The notes below the pieces were generated by a model, which saw nothing but the letters and a program-made list of their open reading frames with translations, was not told the DNA's origin and ran no database searches. A program made the position numbers and the translations under genes. This document shows, in pieces, positions 51,087 to 64,000 of a DNA stretch of 64,000 nt. This DNA comes from a plasmid. Position 1 is the first letter of the stretch. Every line of letters begins with the position of its first letter. The DNA lies in the sequence record NZ_CP145916.1, one strand, 5' to 3'.

Positions 51087-51906
51087 GGCACTGTTGCAAA
51101 TAGTCGGTGGTGATAAACTTATCATCCCCTTTTGCTGATGGAGCTGCACATGAACCCATTCAAAGGCCGGCATTTTCAGCGTGACATCATTCTGTGGGCC
51201 GTACGCTGGTACTGCAAATACGGCATCAGTTACCGTGAGCTGCAGGAGATGCTGGCTGAACGCGGAGTGAATGTCGATCACTCCACGATTTACCGCTGGG
51301 TTCAGCGTTATGCGCCTGAAATGGAAAAACGGCTGCGCTGGTACTGGCGTAACCCTTCCGATCTTTGCCCGTGGCACATGGATGAAACCTACGTGAAGGT
51401 CAATGGCCGCTGGGCGTATCTGTACCGGGCCGTCGACAGCCGGGGCCGCACTGTCGATTTTTATCTCTCCTCCCGTCGTAACAGCAAAGCTGCATACCGG
51501 TTTCTGGGTAAAATCCTCAACAACGTGAAGAAGTGGCAGATCCCACGATTCATCAACACGGATAAAGCGCCCGCCTATGGTCGCGCGCTTGCTCTGCTCA
51601 AACGCGAAGGCCGGTGCCCGTCTGACGTTGAACACCGACAGATTAAGTACCGGAACAACGTGATTGAATGCGATCATGGCAAACTGAAACGGATAATCAA
51701 CGCCACGCTGGGATTTAAATCCATGAAGACGGCTTACGCCACCATCAAAGGTATTGAGGTGATGCGTGCACTACGCAAAGGCCAGGCCTCAGCATTTTAT
51801 TATGGTGATCCCCTGGGCGAAATGCGCCTGGTAAGCAGAGTTTTTGAAATGTAAGGCCTTTGAATAAGACAAAAGGCTGCCTCATCGCTAACTTTGCAAC
51901 AGTGCC
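51087..51906 (+). mobile_element. IS26, copy 1 (820 bp)
   Basis: 14-bp IRs GGCACTGTTGCAAA / TTTGCAACAGTGCC. tnpA at 51150-51854. Confidence 0.97.
51150..51854 (+). CDS. tnpA: IS26 transposase Tnp26
   Basis: MNPFKGRHFQRDIILWAVRWYCKYGISYRELQEMLAERGVNVDHSTIYRWVQRYAPEMEKRLRWYWRNP…. Confidence 0.97.
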   Translation: MNPFKGRHFQRDIILWAVRWYCKYGISYRELQEMLAERGVNVDHSTIYRWVQRYAPEMEKRLRWYWRNPSDLCPWHMDETYVKVNGRWAYLYRAVDSRGRTVDFYLSSRRNSKAAYRFLGKILNNVKKWQIPRFINTDKAPAYGRALALLKREGRCPSDVEHRQIKYRNNVIECDHGKLKRIINATLGFKSMKTAYATIKGIEVMRALRKGQASAFYYGDPLGEMRLVSRVFEM

Positions 51907-52221
51907 ACTGAACCAACTGTGAGTCCTTTACTGACTTTTTGCAATAAGGATGCTTTTTTATGAGCAGTAGACATAAATCTAACCTTGAGTGTAGAGATTT
52001 AAAAAAATGTTCCAACTATAAACAACGGAAATTGAAATACAATTGTATATTTGAAGATGTTGACATTTTTTATGGATTTACCCATTTTCTGCAATTTTAA
52101 TCCACTTTATCATAAGTGAAGCATTGGTATTTGGTGTATAAAGTTCTTAAAAACTTTTATTGAAACATATATCTCATGTTTTTAGAAATCCGATAAATTG
52201 AAAACAATGGAGGGCAGAGTA

Positions 52222-53288
52222 AAACTTGAAGTGCGACATAAACCACCTAATTAATTTAAAGGGTTTATGGAGTATATAAAATTGTCATACCATCATCTTA
52301 ACTTTGAAGATCGTACTGCATTAATGCTTGAGTCAAGAAAAGAAGGCTTTTCAGCCAGAAAATTTGCTGAACTCATTAAAAGACATCCTAGTACGATCTA
52401 TCGTGAGCTTAAAAGAAATAGCATCAATGACGTTTATCAAGCTCAATATGCTTCTGATAACACTTTTGCTAGACGTAGACGTGGTCACAGAAAACTCAAA
52501 ATCGATTCAATCCTCTGGAAATTTATTGTTGAAGCGATCCGTTGTTTATGGTCTCCTCAGCAAATAGCAAAGCGTTTAAAGACATTTCCTGATTTGGATC
52601 AAACAATGAATGTAAGCCATACAACGATTTATTCAACGATACGAGCATTACCCAAGGGTGAGTTGAAAAAAGACTTATTATCCTGTCTACGTCATGAAAA
52701 TAAAAAGCGAAAAGCTAACGGTGAACCTAAAAAAGATTCTATATTACAGGATATTAAAACTATTCATGAGCGCCCAGCCGAAGTTCAAGAAAGAAAAATA
52801 CCGGGTCATTGGGAAGCTGATTTAATTAAAGGTAAAGACAATAAAAGTTCGATAGCAACACTTATTGAACGAAATACACGGCTCTGTATCTTGGCAACAT
52901 TACCTGATGCAAAGGCAGAATCAGTGCGCAAGGCTTTAACTGAAGCTCTGAAATATTTACCTGCAGAACTGCGTAAAACGTTGACCTATGACCGTGGACG
53001 TGAGATGTCAGAACATAAAATACTCGAAGAAGATTTAGGCATAGATGTATATTTCTGTGACCCACATTCACCCTGGCAAAAAGGCACATGCGAAAATATG
53101 AATGGTTTAATTAGGCAATATTTACCTAAAGGGATTGATTTAAATCAGGCAGATCAGCATTATTTAAATCAAGTTGCCATGTCACTGAATACTCGTCCTA
53201 GAAAGGCGTTAGATTGGCTTACACCATTAGAGAAATTTGCTCAGCTTGTTGATTATCATATGGCTTTTGAAACTGTCGCACCTCATGT
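52222..53288 (+). mobile_element. ISAba125 (IS30 family) upstream of blaNDM-1
   Basis: IRL AAACTTGAAGTGCGACA at 52222. IRR TGTCGCACCTCATGTTTG near 53265-53282. Transposase at 52267-53292 (341 aa). Confidence 0.85.
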
Positions 53289-53292
53289 TTGA
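52267..53292 (+). CDS. ISAba125 transposase (IS30 family)
   Basis: MEYIKLSYHHLNFEDRTALMLESRKEGFSARKFAELIKRHPSTIYRELKRN… IS30-type DDE domain. Confidence 0.88.
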   Translation: MEYIKLSYHHLNFEDRTALMLESRKEGFSARKFAELIKRHPSTIYRELKRNSINDVYQAQYASDNTFARRRRGHRKLKIDSILWKFIVEAIRCLWSPQQIAKRLKTFPDLDQTMNVSHTTIYSTIRALPKGELKKDLLSCLRHENKKRKANGEPKKDSILQDIKTIHERPAEVQERKIPGHWEADLIKGKDNKSSIATLIERNTRLCILATLPDAKAESVRKALTEALKYLPAELRKTLTYDRGREMSEHKILEEDLGIDVYFCDPHSPWQKGTCENMNGLIRQYLPKGIDLNQADQHYLNQVAMSLNTRPRKALDWLTPLEKFAQLVDYHMAFETVAPHV

Positions 53293-53392
53293 ATTCGCCC
53301 CATATTTTTGCTACAGTGAACCAAATTAAGATCATCTATTTACTAGGCCTCGCATTTGCGGGGTTTTTAATGCTGAATAAAAGGAAAACTTG

Positions 53393-54205
53393 ATGGAATT
53401 GCCCAATATTATGCACCCGGTCGCGAAGCTGAGCACCGCATTAGCCGCTGCATTGATGCTGAGCGGGTGCATGCCCGGTGAAATCCGCCCGACGATTGGC
53501 CAGCAAATGGAAACTGGCGACCAACGGTTTGGCGATCTGGTTTTCCGCCAGCTCGCACCGAATGTCTGGCAGCACACTTCCTATCTCGACATGCCGGGTT
53601 TCGGGGCAGTCGCTTCCAACGGTTTGATCGTCAGGGATGGCGGCCGCGTGCTGGTGGTCGATACCGCCTGGACCGATGACCAGACCGCCCAGATCCTCAA
53701 CTGGATCAAGCAGGAGATCAACCTGCCGGTCGCGCTGGCGGTGGTGACTCACGCGCATCAGGACAAGATGGGCGGTATGGACGCGCTGCATGCGGCGGGG
53801 ATTGCGACTTATGCCAATGCGTTGTCGAACCAGCTTGCCCCGCAAGAGGGGATGGTTGCGGCGCAACACAGCCTGACTTTCGCCGCCAATGGCTGGGTCG
53901 AACCAGCAACCGCGCCCAACTTTGGCCCGCTCAAGGTATTTTACCCCGGCCCCGGCCACACCAGTGACAATATCACCGTTGGGATCGACGGCACCGACAT
54001 CGCTTTTGGTGGCTGCCTGATCAAGGACAGCAAGGCCAAGTCGCTCGGCAATCTCGGTGATGCCGACACTGAGCACTACGCCGCGTCAGCGCGCGCGTTT
54101 GGTGCGGCGTTCCCCAAGGCCAGCATGATCGTGATGAGCCATTCCGCCCCCGATAGCCGCGCCGCAATCACTCATACGGCCCGCATGGCCGACAAGCTGC
54201 GCTGA
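53393..54205 (+). CDS. blaNDM-1: Metallo-beta-lactamase NDM-1
   Basis: [53 protein letters not shown]… Val88 (LAVVTH) and Met154 (QEGMVAA) are both present, which indicates NDM-1 rather than NDM-5. Confidence 0.95.
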
Positions 54206-54208
54206 GCC

Positions 54209-54574
54209 ATGGCTGACCACGTCACCCCCAATCTGCCATCGCGCGATTTCGATGTGACAGAGGCGTTTTATGCGAAGCTGGGCTTTGCGACGAGTTGGAA
54301 GGATCGCGGCTGGATGATCCTGCAGCGCGGCGGTTTGCAGCTCGAATTCTTCCCCTATCCTGACCTCGACCCAGCTACGAGCTCGTTCGGCTGTTGCCTG
54401 CGGTTGGATGATCTCGATGCCATGGTGGCATTGGTGAACGCGGCGGGAGCCGAGGAAAAAAGCACCGGCTGGCCGCGCTTCAAAGCTCCGCAACTGGAGG
54501 CGAGCGGCCTGAGGATCGGCTACCTGATCGATCCCGACTGCACGCTGGTGCGGCTGATCCAGAACCCCGACTGA
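54209..54574 (+). CDS. bleMBL: Bleomycin-binding protein BleMBL
   Basis: MADHVTPNLPSRDFDVTEAFYAKLGFATSWKDRGWMILQRGGLQLEFFPYPDLDPATSSFGCCLRLDDLD…. Confidence 0.93.
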   Translation: MADHVTPNLPSRDFDVTEAFYAKLGFATSWKDRGWMILQRGGLQLEFFPYPDLDPATSSFGCCLRLDDLDAMVALVNAAGAEEKSTGWPRFKAPQLEASGLRIGYLIDPDCTLVRLIQNPD

Positions 54575-54578
54575 CCGC

Positions 54579-55217
54579 ATGCCCGCGAAAATCAAGATTT
54601 GCGGGATCAGCACACCCGAGGCGCTCGATGCGACCATCGCGGCGCGGGCGGACTATGCCGGGTTGGTGTTCTATCCAGCGTCGCCCCGTGCGGTTACGTC
54701 GAATGTCGCGGGCGCTTTGACATCGCGCGCAGCTGGCCAGATCGCCATGGTCGGTTTGTTCGTCGATGCGGATGATGCTGTCATCGCCGACGCACTGGTG
54801 GCAGCCAAGCTGAACGCGCTGCAGCTGCACGGTTCGGAATCGCCCGAACGCGTGGCCCAGTTGCGCGCGCGGTTTGGCAAGCCGGTGTGGAAGGCGCTGC
54901 CCGTCGCCAGCGCCAGCGATGTCGCACGCGCCGCAGCCTATGCCGGGGCGGCGGACTTGATCTTGTTCGACGCCAAGACCCCCAAAGGCGCGCTGCCCGG
55001 CGGCATGGGGTTGGCGTTCGACTGGTCGCTGCTGGCCGGATATCGCGGTGCCTTGCCGTGGGGGCTGGCAGGCGGGCTAAATCCGACGAATGTTGCCGAG
55101 GCGATTGCGCGCACCGGAGCGCCGCTGGTCGATACCTCCAGCGGCGTCGAAAGCGCGCCGGGCGTCAAGGATACCGACAAGATTACCAATTTCGCCTTTG
55201 CGGTGCGCTTGGCCTAA
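54579..55217 (+). CDS. trpF: Phosphoribosylanthranilate isomerase
   Basis: MPAKIKICGISTPEALDATIAARADYAGLVFYPASPRAVT… The usual trpF of the NDM-1 context. Confidence 0.9.
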   Translation: MPAKIKICGISTPEALDATIAARADYAGLVFYPASPRAVTSNVAGALTSRAAGQIAMVGLFVDADDAVIADALVAAKLNALQLHGSESPERVAQLRARFGKPVWKALPVASASDVARAAAYAGAADLILFDAKTPKGALPGGMGLAFDWSLLAGYRGALPWGLAGGLNPTNVAEAIARTGAPLVDTSSGVESAPGVKDTDKITNFAFAVRLA

Positions 55218-55227
55218 ATCGCGTCGA

Positions 55228-56259
55228 TCAATAGGCGTCGTTCAGCGCAAAGATCGGCTTGCGGGTGCGCCACTGCCCTCGGGTGAAGTCGGGAAAATCT
55301 AACGTGCGATTGCCCTCAGCAATCGATTGTTCCGACAGAGGCGTGATCGCGCTCCAGGCCAGCGCGTCGTAAATGTCGATTGGCATCGGGGCCTTGGCCT
55401 TCAGCGCCTCGACAAAAGCGTGGATCACGAACCAGTCCATCCCGCCATGCCCGGCCCCTGCCGCCAGATCGGCGTAGCGTTTCCATAGCGGGTGATCGTA
55501 TTTCGCAAACCAGCCCTCGGCAGGCTCCCAGCGGTGCGGCTGTGGGCTCTTGCCCTCCAGATAGATCGACTTGTTGACGTCCATCCACAGCCCCTCGGTG
55601 CCTTGCACCCGAAAGCCGAGAGAATAGGGGCGCGGCAGCGAGGTGTCGTGGCACAGCATGATCGTTTCACCATTAGTGCAGCCGATCATGGTGTTGACCA
55701 CATCACCCAGTGCGAATTTCACCTCGGCGTTGGGATGATCGGCAGAGCCGTTCTTGACGACATAATCATGCAGCCCGCGCGCCTTACAGCCGAAGCCGCC
55801 AGCGCCCGCTTCGCCCGGCAACGCGACCTTCAGGGTGCGGGTCTGCGGCGGGTAGCACACGCCGGCATCGGCGCAGCCCTGGTACTTCACGGTCAGGGTG
55901 GTCGCGCTCGCGCCGGCCGCGGGCGTGCCGGTGAGGGTGCCGAGCAATTCCTTGCGGTAGGTTTCGACGTCGCCGAAGAATTCGTCGCGGTAGGCCTTGC
56001 CCTTCGGCAGCGCCATGGTCGCGCCGGTGAAGGCGGCATCGGCCTTGACCGAGGTGCGGTGCCGGTACAGGTAATAGCCGTCGGCGATCCGCCAGCGCAC
56101 CTCGATGCGGTCCGGCGCGGTGGCCTGCGCGGACAGGACGAAGACCTCGTCGACCGGCGGCAGTTCGAAGTCCTGGGCGACGGCCGAGGTCGCGGGCAGC
56201 GCAAGCAGCAGGGCGAGCCCGGCCAGCCAGCGGCGCAGGCGGATCGTGGATGCGGTCAT
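55228..56259 (-). CDS. Twin-arginine signal protein (annotated tat or dsbD in NDM contexts)
   Basis: 343 aa with an RR-type signal peptide (MTASTIRLRRWLAGLALLLALPATSAVA). Conserved downstream of trpF in the blaNDM region. Confidence 0.8.
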   Translation of the reverse strand: MTASTIRLRRWLAGLALLLALPATSAVAQDFELPPVDEVFVLSAQATAPDRIEVRWRIADGYYLYRHRTSVKADAAFTGATMALPKGKAYRDEFFGDVETYRKELLGTLTGTPAAGASATTLTVKYQGCADAGVCYPPQTRTLKVALPGEAGAGGFGCKARGLHDYVVKNGSADHPNAEVKFALGDVVNTMIGCTNGETIMLCHDTSLPRPYSLGFRVQGTEGLWMDVNKSIYLEGKSPQPHRWEPAEGWFAKYDHPLWKRYADLAAGAGHGGMDWFVIHAFVEALKAKAPMPIDIYDALAWSAITPLSEQSIAEGNRTLDFPDFTRGQWRTRKPIFALNDAY

Positions 56260-56263
56260 TGGC

Positions 56264-56593
56264 TCAGTTTACCGGTCGGCTCTCGGCGGCCAGCCATTGC
56301 AGGTATTCGGGCAGGCCGGACGCGGCTTCGACCGCGAGCAGCTCCGGGAGTTCGTAGGGATGCAGTTGGCGCAGGCGTTCCTGCAGGGCGGGGTAGGCCT
56401 CGGCACTGGTCTTGACCAGCAGCAGGACCTCGGCCGCGGCCTCGACCTTGCGTTGCCAGCGATAGACCGAACGCAGGCCGGGCAGGAGGTTGACGCAGGC
56501 GGCCAGGCGCTCGGCCACCAGCGCGGTGGCGATGCGCTCGGCGCTGTCGGCGTCGGGACAGGTGCAGAAGCAGATCAGGGCGCTCACCGGCAT
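56264..56593 (-). CDS. cutA: Divalent-cation tolerance protein CutA1
   Basis: MPVSALICFCTCPDADSAERIATALVAERLAACVNLLPGLRSVYRWQRKVEAAAEVLLLVKTS… ~110 aa. The ORF track's longer 5' extension is unlikely. Confidence 0.85.
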   Translation of the reverse strand: MPVSALICFCTCPDADSAERIATALVAERLAACVNLLPGLRSVYRWQRKVEAAAEVLLLVKTSAEAYPALQERLRQLHPYELPELLAVEAASGLPEYLQWLAAESRPVN

Positions 56594-56786
56594 AGGGTAG
56601 CGGCTGCCCCGATCCGGCGGGCCTGGCGGACATCCGCGTGCGGCCCTTGAAAGTCGGCGGGCCCGCCCCATCTCGGTGGCATGCCGGGTTCGCCCGGTTC
56701 TGTTGTCCGCGGTTTGGCACTCGCTTCGCGCGACTGCTAAAATCGCCGGGTTTTTCCACGTCAATCAACCATTTACCGAGGTTGCC

Positions 56787-57077
56787 ATGTCCAATATCAA
56801 GCCGCTGCACGACCGCGTGGTCATCAAGCGCATGGAAGAAGAGAAGCTGTCCGCCGGCGGGATCGTGATCCCGGATTCGGCCACCGAGAAGCCGATCAAG
56901 GGCGAAGTCGTCGCCGTCGGCACCGGCAAGGTGCTGGACAACGGCCAGGTCCGCGCGCCGCAGGTCAAGGTCGGCGACAAGGTGCTGTTCGGCAAGTACA
57001 GCGGCACCGAAGTGAAGCTGGACGGCGTCGAGCTGCTGGTGGTGAAGGAAGACGACCTGTTCGCGATCCTCGGCTGA
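56787..57077 (+). CDS. groES: Co-chaperonin GroES
   Basis: [48 protein letters not shown]…. Confidence 0.93.
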   Translation: MSNIKPLHDRVVIKRMEEEKLSAGGIVIPDSATEKPIKGEVVAVGTGKVLDNGQVRAPQVKVGDKVLFGKYSGTEVKLDGVELLVVKEDDLFAILG

Positions 57078-57126
57078 TCGCGCGTCGCTCCCACACATTT
57101 CTCATCCGAATAATTTTTCGAGGTAA

Positions 57127-58773
<1,647 letters not shown>

Positions 58774-58961
58774 GCCCCGCGATCCATCAAGCAAGACCAC
58801 AAAGCCCGGCCTCGTGCCGGGCTTTGTGCGTTCTGGCGTCCGAGGCGGGAGACTTCCTACCCGCCCCGCGGCAATGTCTGACGCGAAGATCAGAAAACGC
58901 CGATATGAACGCGTGCTCGCGGGCGCAACCCTGAGCAGCCGTCCCTGCAACGGAGCGCTGC

Positions 58962-60491
58962 GTGCCGCGCCTGACCGCACCCCGGCGGCAGGCCGAGGTG
59001 TGCGCGCCACTGCCGGCCGCCCACGCCGCTGCGCGTTACGCGCGCCACCTGCCCGAGCGCACGCTGCTGTACGCGCTAGTGCAGGCGCACTACCCGGACT
59101 TCATCGCGCGTCTTGAGGCCGAAGACCGCCCGCTGCCCGAGTATGTGCGCGAGGAGTTCGAGACCTACCTGCGCTGCGGCGTGCTCGAGCACGGCTTCCT
59201 GCGCGTGGTCTGCGAGCACTGTCGTGCCGAGAGGCTGGTGGCGTATTCCTGCAAGAAGCGCGGGCTGTGCCCGAGCTGCGGCGCACGGCGCATGGCCGAG
59301 TCGGCGCGGCATCTGGTGGACGAGGTGTTCGGCCCGCGGCCGGTGCGGCAATGGGTGCTGAGTTTCCCGTACCCGTTGCGCTTCCTGTTCGCCAGCAAGC
59401 CTGAGGCGATCGGCCCGGTGCTGGGCATCGTGCATCGTGTGATCGCCGGTTGGCTTGCCGATCAGGCCGGCGTGCCGCGGGATACGGCGCAATGCGGCGT
59501 GGTGACCCTGATCCAGCGCTTCGGCAGCGCGCTGAATCTCAACATCCACTTCCACATGCTGTGGCTCGACGGCGTGTACGAGGACACCACCGAGCGTCCG
59601 CAGCGCAAGCCGCGCCTGCACCGCACCCGTGCGCCCACATCGGCGCAACTGACGGAACTGGCCAACACCATCGCGCATCGCGTGTGCCGGCACCTGTCGC
59701 GCCGCGGCTGGCTCGAAGGCGAAGACGAATCCGTGTTCCTGTCCGACAGCGCGGGTAGCGACGACGGCATGGATGGGCTGCGGATGAGTTCGATGACCTA
59801 CCGCATCGCCACCGGTCGCGACGCTGGCCGCAAGGTCGTCACGCTGCAAACGCTGCCTGGCGACGCCGGTCCGCTGGAGGGCGACGCCGGCAAGGTCGGC
59901 GGCTTCTCGCTGCATGCCGGCGTGGCCGCGGAAGCACACGAAAGCCACAAGCTCGAAAAGCTGTGCCGCTACATCACGCGCCCGGCGATCAGCGAGCAGC
60001 GGCTATCGATCTCGCCACAGGGCAGGGTGCGTTACCAGCTCAAGACGCCGTGGCGCAATGGCACCACGCATGTCGAATGGGATGCGGTGGACTTCATCGC
60101 CAAGCTGGCGGCACTGGTCCCGCCGCCACGCGCGCATCTCACCCGCTTCCACGGCGTATTCGCCCCGAATGCAAACCTGCGCGCGCAGCTGACGCCCTCG
60201 GGGCGCGGCAGGCGGCCTGCGGGCGATGCGGCGCCAGTGGACGTCAGCGCCCACGACGAGCCGCGCAGCCCCGAGCAGAAGCGCCGTGCGATGAGCTGGG
60301 CGCAACGGCTCAAGCGGGTCTTTTCCATCGACATCACCACCTGCGCCCACTGCGGCGGCGCGGTGCGGATCGTCGCCAGCATCGAAGACCCCAAGGCCAT
60401 TCGCGCCATCCTCGCCCACTTCGAGAAACACGGCGCGCTGGAGCAAGCGCACTACCGGCCCGCAGCGCGCGCCCCGCCGCCCGCCGCGTGA
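58962..60491 (+). CDS. ISCR27 rolling-circle transposase (IS91 family)
   Basis: 509 aa. Zn-finger CEHCRAERLVAYSCKKRGLCPSCGARRMAES, a homolog of ISCR1 Orf513. An oriIS-like GGTTGAACTTCCTATACCC sits at 60727-60747. Confidence 0.88.
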   Translation: MPRLTAPRRQAEVCAPLPAAHAAARYARHLPERTLLYALVQAHYPDFIARLEAEDRPLPEYVREEFETYLRCGVLEHGFLRVVCEHCRAERLVAYSCKKRGLCPSCGARRMAESARHLVDEVFGPRPVRQWVLSFPYPLRFLFASKPEAIGPVLGIVHRVIAGWLADQAGVPRDTAQCGVVTLIQRFGSALNLNIHFHMLWLDGVYEDTTERPQRKPRLHRTRAPTSAQLTELANTIAHRVCRHLSRRGWLEGEDESVFLSDSAGSDDGMDGLRMSSMTYRIATGRDAGRKVVTLQTLPGDAGPLEGDAGKVGGFSLHAGVAAEAHESHKLEKLCRYITRPAISEQRLSISPQGRVRYQLKTPWRNGTTHVEWDAVDFIAKLAALVPPPRAHLTRFHGVFAPNANLRAQLTPSGRGRRPAGDAAPVDVSAHDEPRSPEQKRRAMSWAQRLKRVFSIDITTCAHCGGAVRIVASIEDPKAIRAILAHFEKHGALEQAHYRPAARAPPPAA

Positions 60492-60926
60492 TGAGGCGCC
60501 GGCCACACAGCCGGCAGCCAAGCCAGAGTCCGATCCGATGCGGCCACGACCCCGCAGGGCTGCGCTCGGCCCTGTGCCGGGATTCGGTGAGAAATGGCTA
60601 CGCACTGAGCCGCTGCGTGGCCCCGCGATGTCGAAAACCCACGCATGAACCCCCGATCTGTGCCCGATCTGTGCCCAAAGCGGCGCTTGCGCGGCCGCTT
60701 CCTACCCGCCAGACTCGCCAAAAAGGGCGGTTGAACTTCCTATACCCATATCCCACTTTAGGTTTGGCAGCACCTTTTCAATCAGGTGGTTGTTTACACC
60801 AATCCAGCTATTGGCCAATTGAATATTGGTTTCGTCTACTTTTTTTGATTTTTTAAACAGCTTGGTAAAACCGAGTGCCAAAACAGGGGGACCATGTAAA
60901 AACGTGCTTCCTGTAATGACTGAACC

Positions 60927-61746
60927 GGCACTGTTGCAAATAGTCGGTGGTGATAAACTTATCATCCCCTTTTGCTGATGGAGCTGCACATGAACCCATT
61001 CAAAGGCCGGCATTTTCAGCGTGACATCATTCTGTGGGCCGTACGCTGGTACTGCAAATACGGCATCAGTTACCGTGAGCTGCAGGAGATGCTGGCTGAA
61101 CGCGGAGTGAATGTCGATCACTCCACGATTTACCGCTGGGTTCAGCGTTATGCGCCTGAAATGGAAAAACGGCTGCGCTGGTACTGGCGTAACCCTTCCG
61201 ATCTTTGCCCGTGGCACATGGATGAAACCTACGTGAAGGTCAATGGCCGCTGGGCGTATCTGTACCGGGCCGTCGACAGCCGGGGCCGCACTGTCGATTT
61301 TTATCTCTCCTCCCGTCGTAACAGCAAAGCTGCATACCGGTTTCTGGGTAAAATCCTCAACAACGTGAAGAAGTGGCAGATCCCACGATTCATCAACACG
61401 GATAAAGCGCCCGCCTATGGTCGCGCGCTTGCTCTGCTCAAACGCGAAGGCCGGTGCCCGTCTGACGTTGAACACCGACAGATTAAGTACCGGAACAACG
61501 TGATTGAATGCGATCATGGCAAACTGAAACGGATAATCAACGCCACGCTGGGATTTAAATCCATGAAGACGGCTTACGCCACCATCAAAGGTATTGAGGT
61601 GATGCGTGCACTACGCAAAGGCCAGGCCTCAGCATTTTATTATGGTGATCCCCTGGGCGAAATGCGCCTGGTAAGCAGAGTTTTTGAAATGTAAGGCCTT
61701 TGAATAAGACAAAAGGCTGCCTCATCGCTAACTTTGCAACAGTGCC
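60927..61746 (+). mobile_element. IS26, copy 2 (820 bp, same orientation as copy 1)
   Basis: Terminal IRs identical to copy 1. tnpA at 60990-61694. Confidence 0.97.
60990..61694 (+). CDS. tnpA: IS26 transposase Tnp26
   Basis: Identical to the copy-1 protein. Confidence 0.97.
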   Translation: MNPFKGRHFQRDIILWAVRWYCKYGISYRELQEMLAERGVNVDHSTIYRWVQRYAPEMEKRLRWYWRNPSDLCPWHMDETYVKVNGRWAYLYRAVDSRGRTVDFYLSSRRNSKAAYRFLGKILNNVKKWQIPRFINTDKAPAYGRALALLKREGRCPSDVEHRQIKYRNNVIECDHGKLKRIINATLGFKSMKTAYATIKGIEVMRALRKGQASAFYYGDPLGEMRLVSRVFEM

Positions 61747-62015
61747 TGCTCAACCACCATTTCGCAGCAGCCGCCTGATCGGCGCAGAGCGACAGCCTAC
61801 CTCTGACTGCCGCCAATCTTTGCAACAGAGCCTCCGTCGCCATGCTCACCTCGCTTTGGTGCACACGAGTATTGAGCATAGTCGAGATTGGTGCAGATCA
61901 CTTCTGATATTGAACTGTCAGGAGCTGGCTGCACAACAGCCATTACGCCCAATCAACTGGTGCAGTCGTCTTCTGAAAATGACACATGGCATCTGACATC
62001 AAGTTAGGGTATGCC

Positions 62016-62228
62016 TCAATCTGACGGCTGCGAACCGCCAGGGACAGGCGCAATGTCAGATTCTGTCGCGGCCTTGGCGCGTGCCTGGAAGCGTTCATAG
62101 CAATCCAGCCCGCAGAAATGTTCGACGTATTCCGCGCCTTCCGGGGTGAAGGCGGCATCGAGCGGAATTTCTTTGCAGCATACGCAGCAGGTGGTGCAAC
62201 TGGCAGTGTTCGGGGCGTTTGCGTTCAT
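62016..62228 (-). CDS. Small Cys-rich conserved hypothetical protein of the mer-distal (urf2) region
   Basis: 70 aa with a CTTCCVCC…C…C cluster. Its position downstream of merE is typical of Tn21/Tn501-family mer modules. Confidence 0.5.
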   Translation of the reverse strand: MNANAPNTASCTTCCVCCKEIPLDAAFTPEGAEYVEHFCGLDCYERFQARAKAATESDIAPVPGGSQPSD

Positions 62229-62293
62229 GGTGGTACTCCTCCAGATTGGTAGCGAAGCTCAAAGCTGCCCACTCTCGGCTGGCTGGGAAGCGG

Positions 62294-62530
62294 TCATGAT
62301 CTTCCCTTGAAGGCCCGCAGCAGCCGCGTCACAGACAGGACAAACAAGCCGGTCAGCGTGAGGGCTGCAATACCCCAGTGCTCCCCGATGAACGCGCCGG
62401 CCGTCGTGCCGGCTAGCACAATGGCGAGAATCGGCAAATGGCAGGGACAGGTGAGCACGGCCAGCGCGCCCCACAAGTAGCCGGTGATCGGTTTGTGCGT
62501 CTCAGACGGCAAGTGCTCTGGGCTGTTCAT
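62294..62530 (-). CDS. merE: Mercury resistance membrane protein MerE
   Basis: [78 protein letters not shown]. Confidence 0.9.
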
Positions 62531-62892
62531 GGCAGACTCTCCGCGTGCTGTGCCGGTTCGGTTGGCATGGCGGCCAGTTGCATTTCGAGGCTGGCCAGGG
62601 CCTCGCGCCGACGCTCGACGAGTTGCCGCAACACGGCAAGCTGCGCAGACGCACCGTCACCGTCCGCAGCATCCAGCGCCCGGCACAGCCGCGCCAGTGC
62701 GTCCAGGCCGATACCCGCTTCGAAGGCAGCCCGTACAAAGCGCAGCCGTTGCAACGCGGTGTCATCGAACAAGCCGTAGCCGCCCGTGGTGTACGCGACC
62801 GGCCGTAGCAATCCGCGCAGCAGGTAGTCGCGCACGATATGCACGCTCACCCCGGCATCAAGGGCCAGCCGGGACACTGTGTAGGCGCTCAT
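62527..62892 (-). CDS. merD: Mercury resistance co-regulator MerD
   Basis: [64 protein letters not shown]… (MerR-family HTH). Confidence 0.9.
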
Positions 62893-62909
62893 TGAACACC
62901 TCCTTTTCC

Positions 62910-64000
<1,091 letters not shown>

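Noticed and set aside
53393-54205. NDM-5 or another NDM variant
   Set aside because: Val88 and Met154 are both present (LAVVTH; QEGMVAA), so the sequence matches NDM-1.

Overview
This window is a mosaic multidrug-resistance plasmid segment with three parts. (1) Backbone, 1-30 kb. An iteron-type RepFIB-like replicon (repA plus seven or more 'GTGTGTCAGGGGG' iterons). A run of small backbone genes, several preceded by a shared CTATTCGACC promoter-like motif. SOS-regulated genes with canonical LexA boxes: umuDC, a Tus-like terminus-binding protein, and a DinI-like protein. Also an NfeD/stomatin pair, ssb, and a membrane-protein operon. (2) An apparently undescribed ~8.2-kb integrative element at approximately 4210-12408, inserted precisely inside the plasmid umuD gene. 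The 5' 93 bp of umuD, with its LexA box, sits at 4117-4209. The rest of umuD and umuC resume at 12376. The element carries a divergent CARB-family (RSG-type) class A beta-lactamase. It also carries an operon of three tyrosine-recombinase-like genes (786, 707 and 473 aa) plus a 192-aa protein, and this operon is preceded by its own perfect LexA box. The element ends carry short imperfect inverted repeats with a TTCCCATAT core. The insertion regenerates a start codon that should yield an N-terminally truncated, UmuD'-like protein co-transcribed with the recombinases and umuC. (3) A Tn1696/Tn21-family transposon, from IRtnp at 30088 to beyond the window end. It has tnpA-tnpR, a class 1 integron inserted in res (intI1; cassettes aadB, catB, blaOXA-10::aadA1; qacEdelta1-sul1), and ISCR1 with a 1147-bp tandem partial duplication that gives two oriIS copies. 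Next comes a Tn1548-like armA module (ISEc28-armA-ISEc29-msr(E)-mph(E)-orf-delta-repAci). Then an IS26-bounded blaNDM-1 module: ISAba125, blaNDM-1, bleMBL, trpF, dsbD/tat, cutA1, groES, full-length groEL, and ISCR27 with its oriIS. After the second IS26 copy comes the mer module (urf2 region, merE, merD, merA) running off the window. The finding most worth follow-up is the SOS-wired tyrosine-recombinase element that splits umuD and carries a new CARB-like bla.
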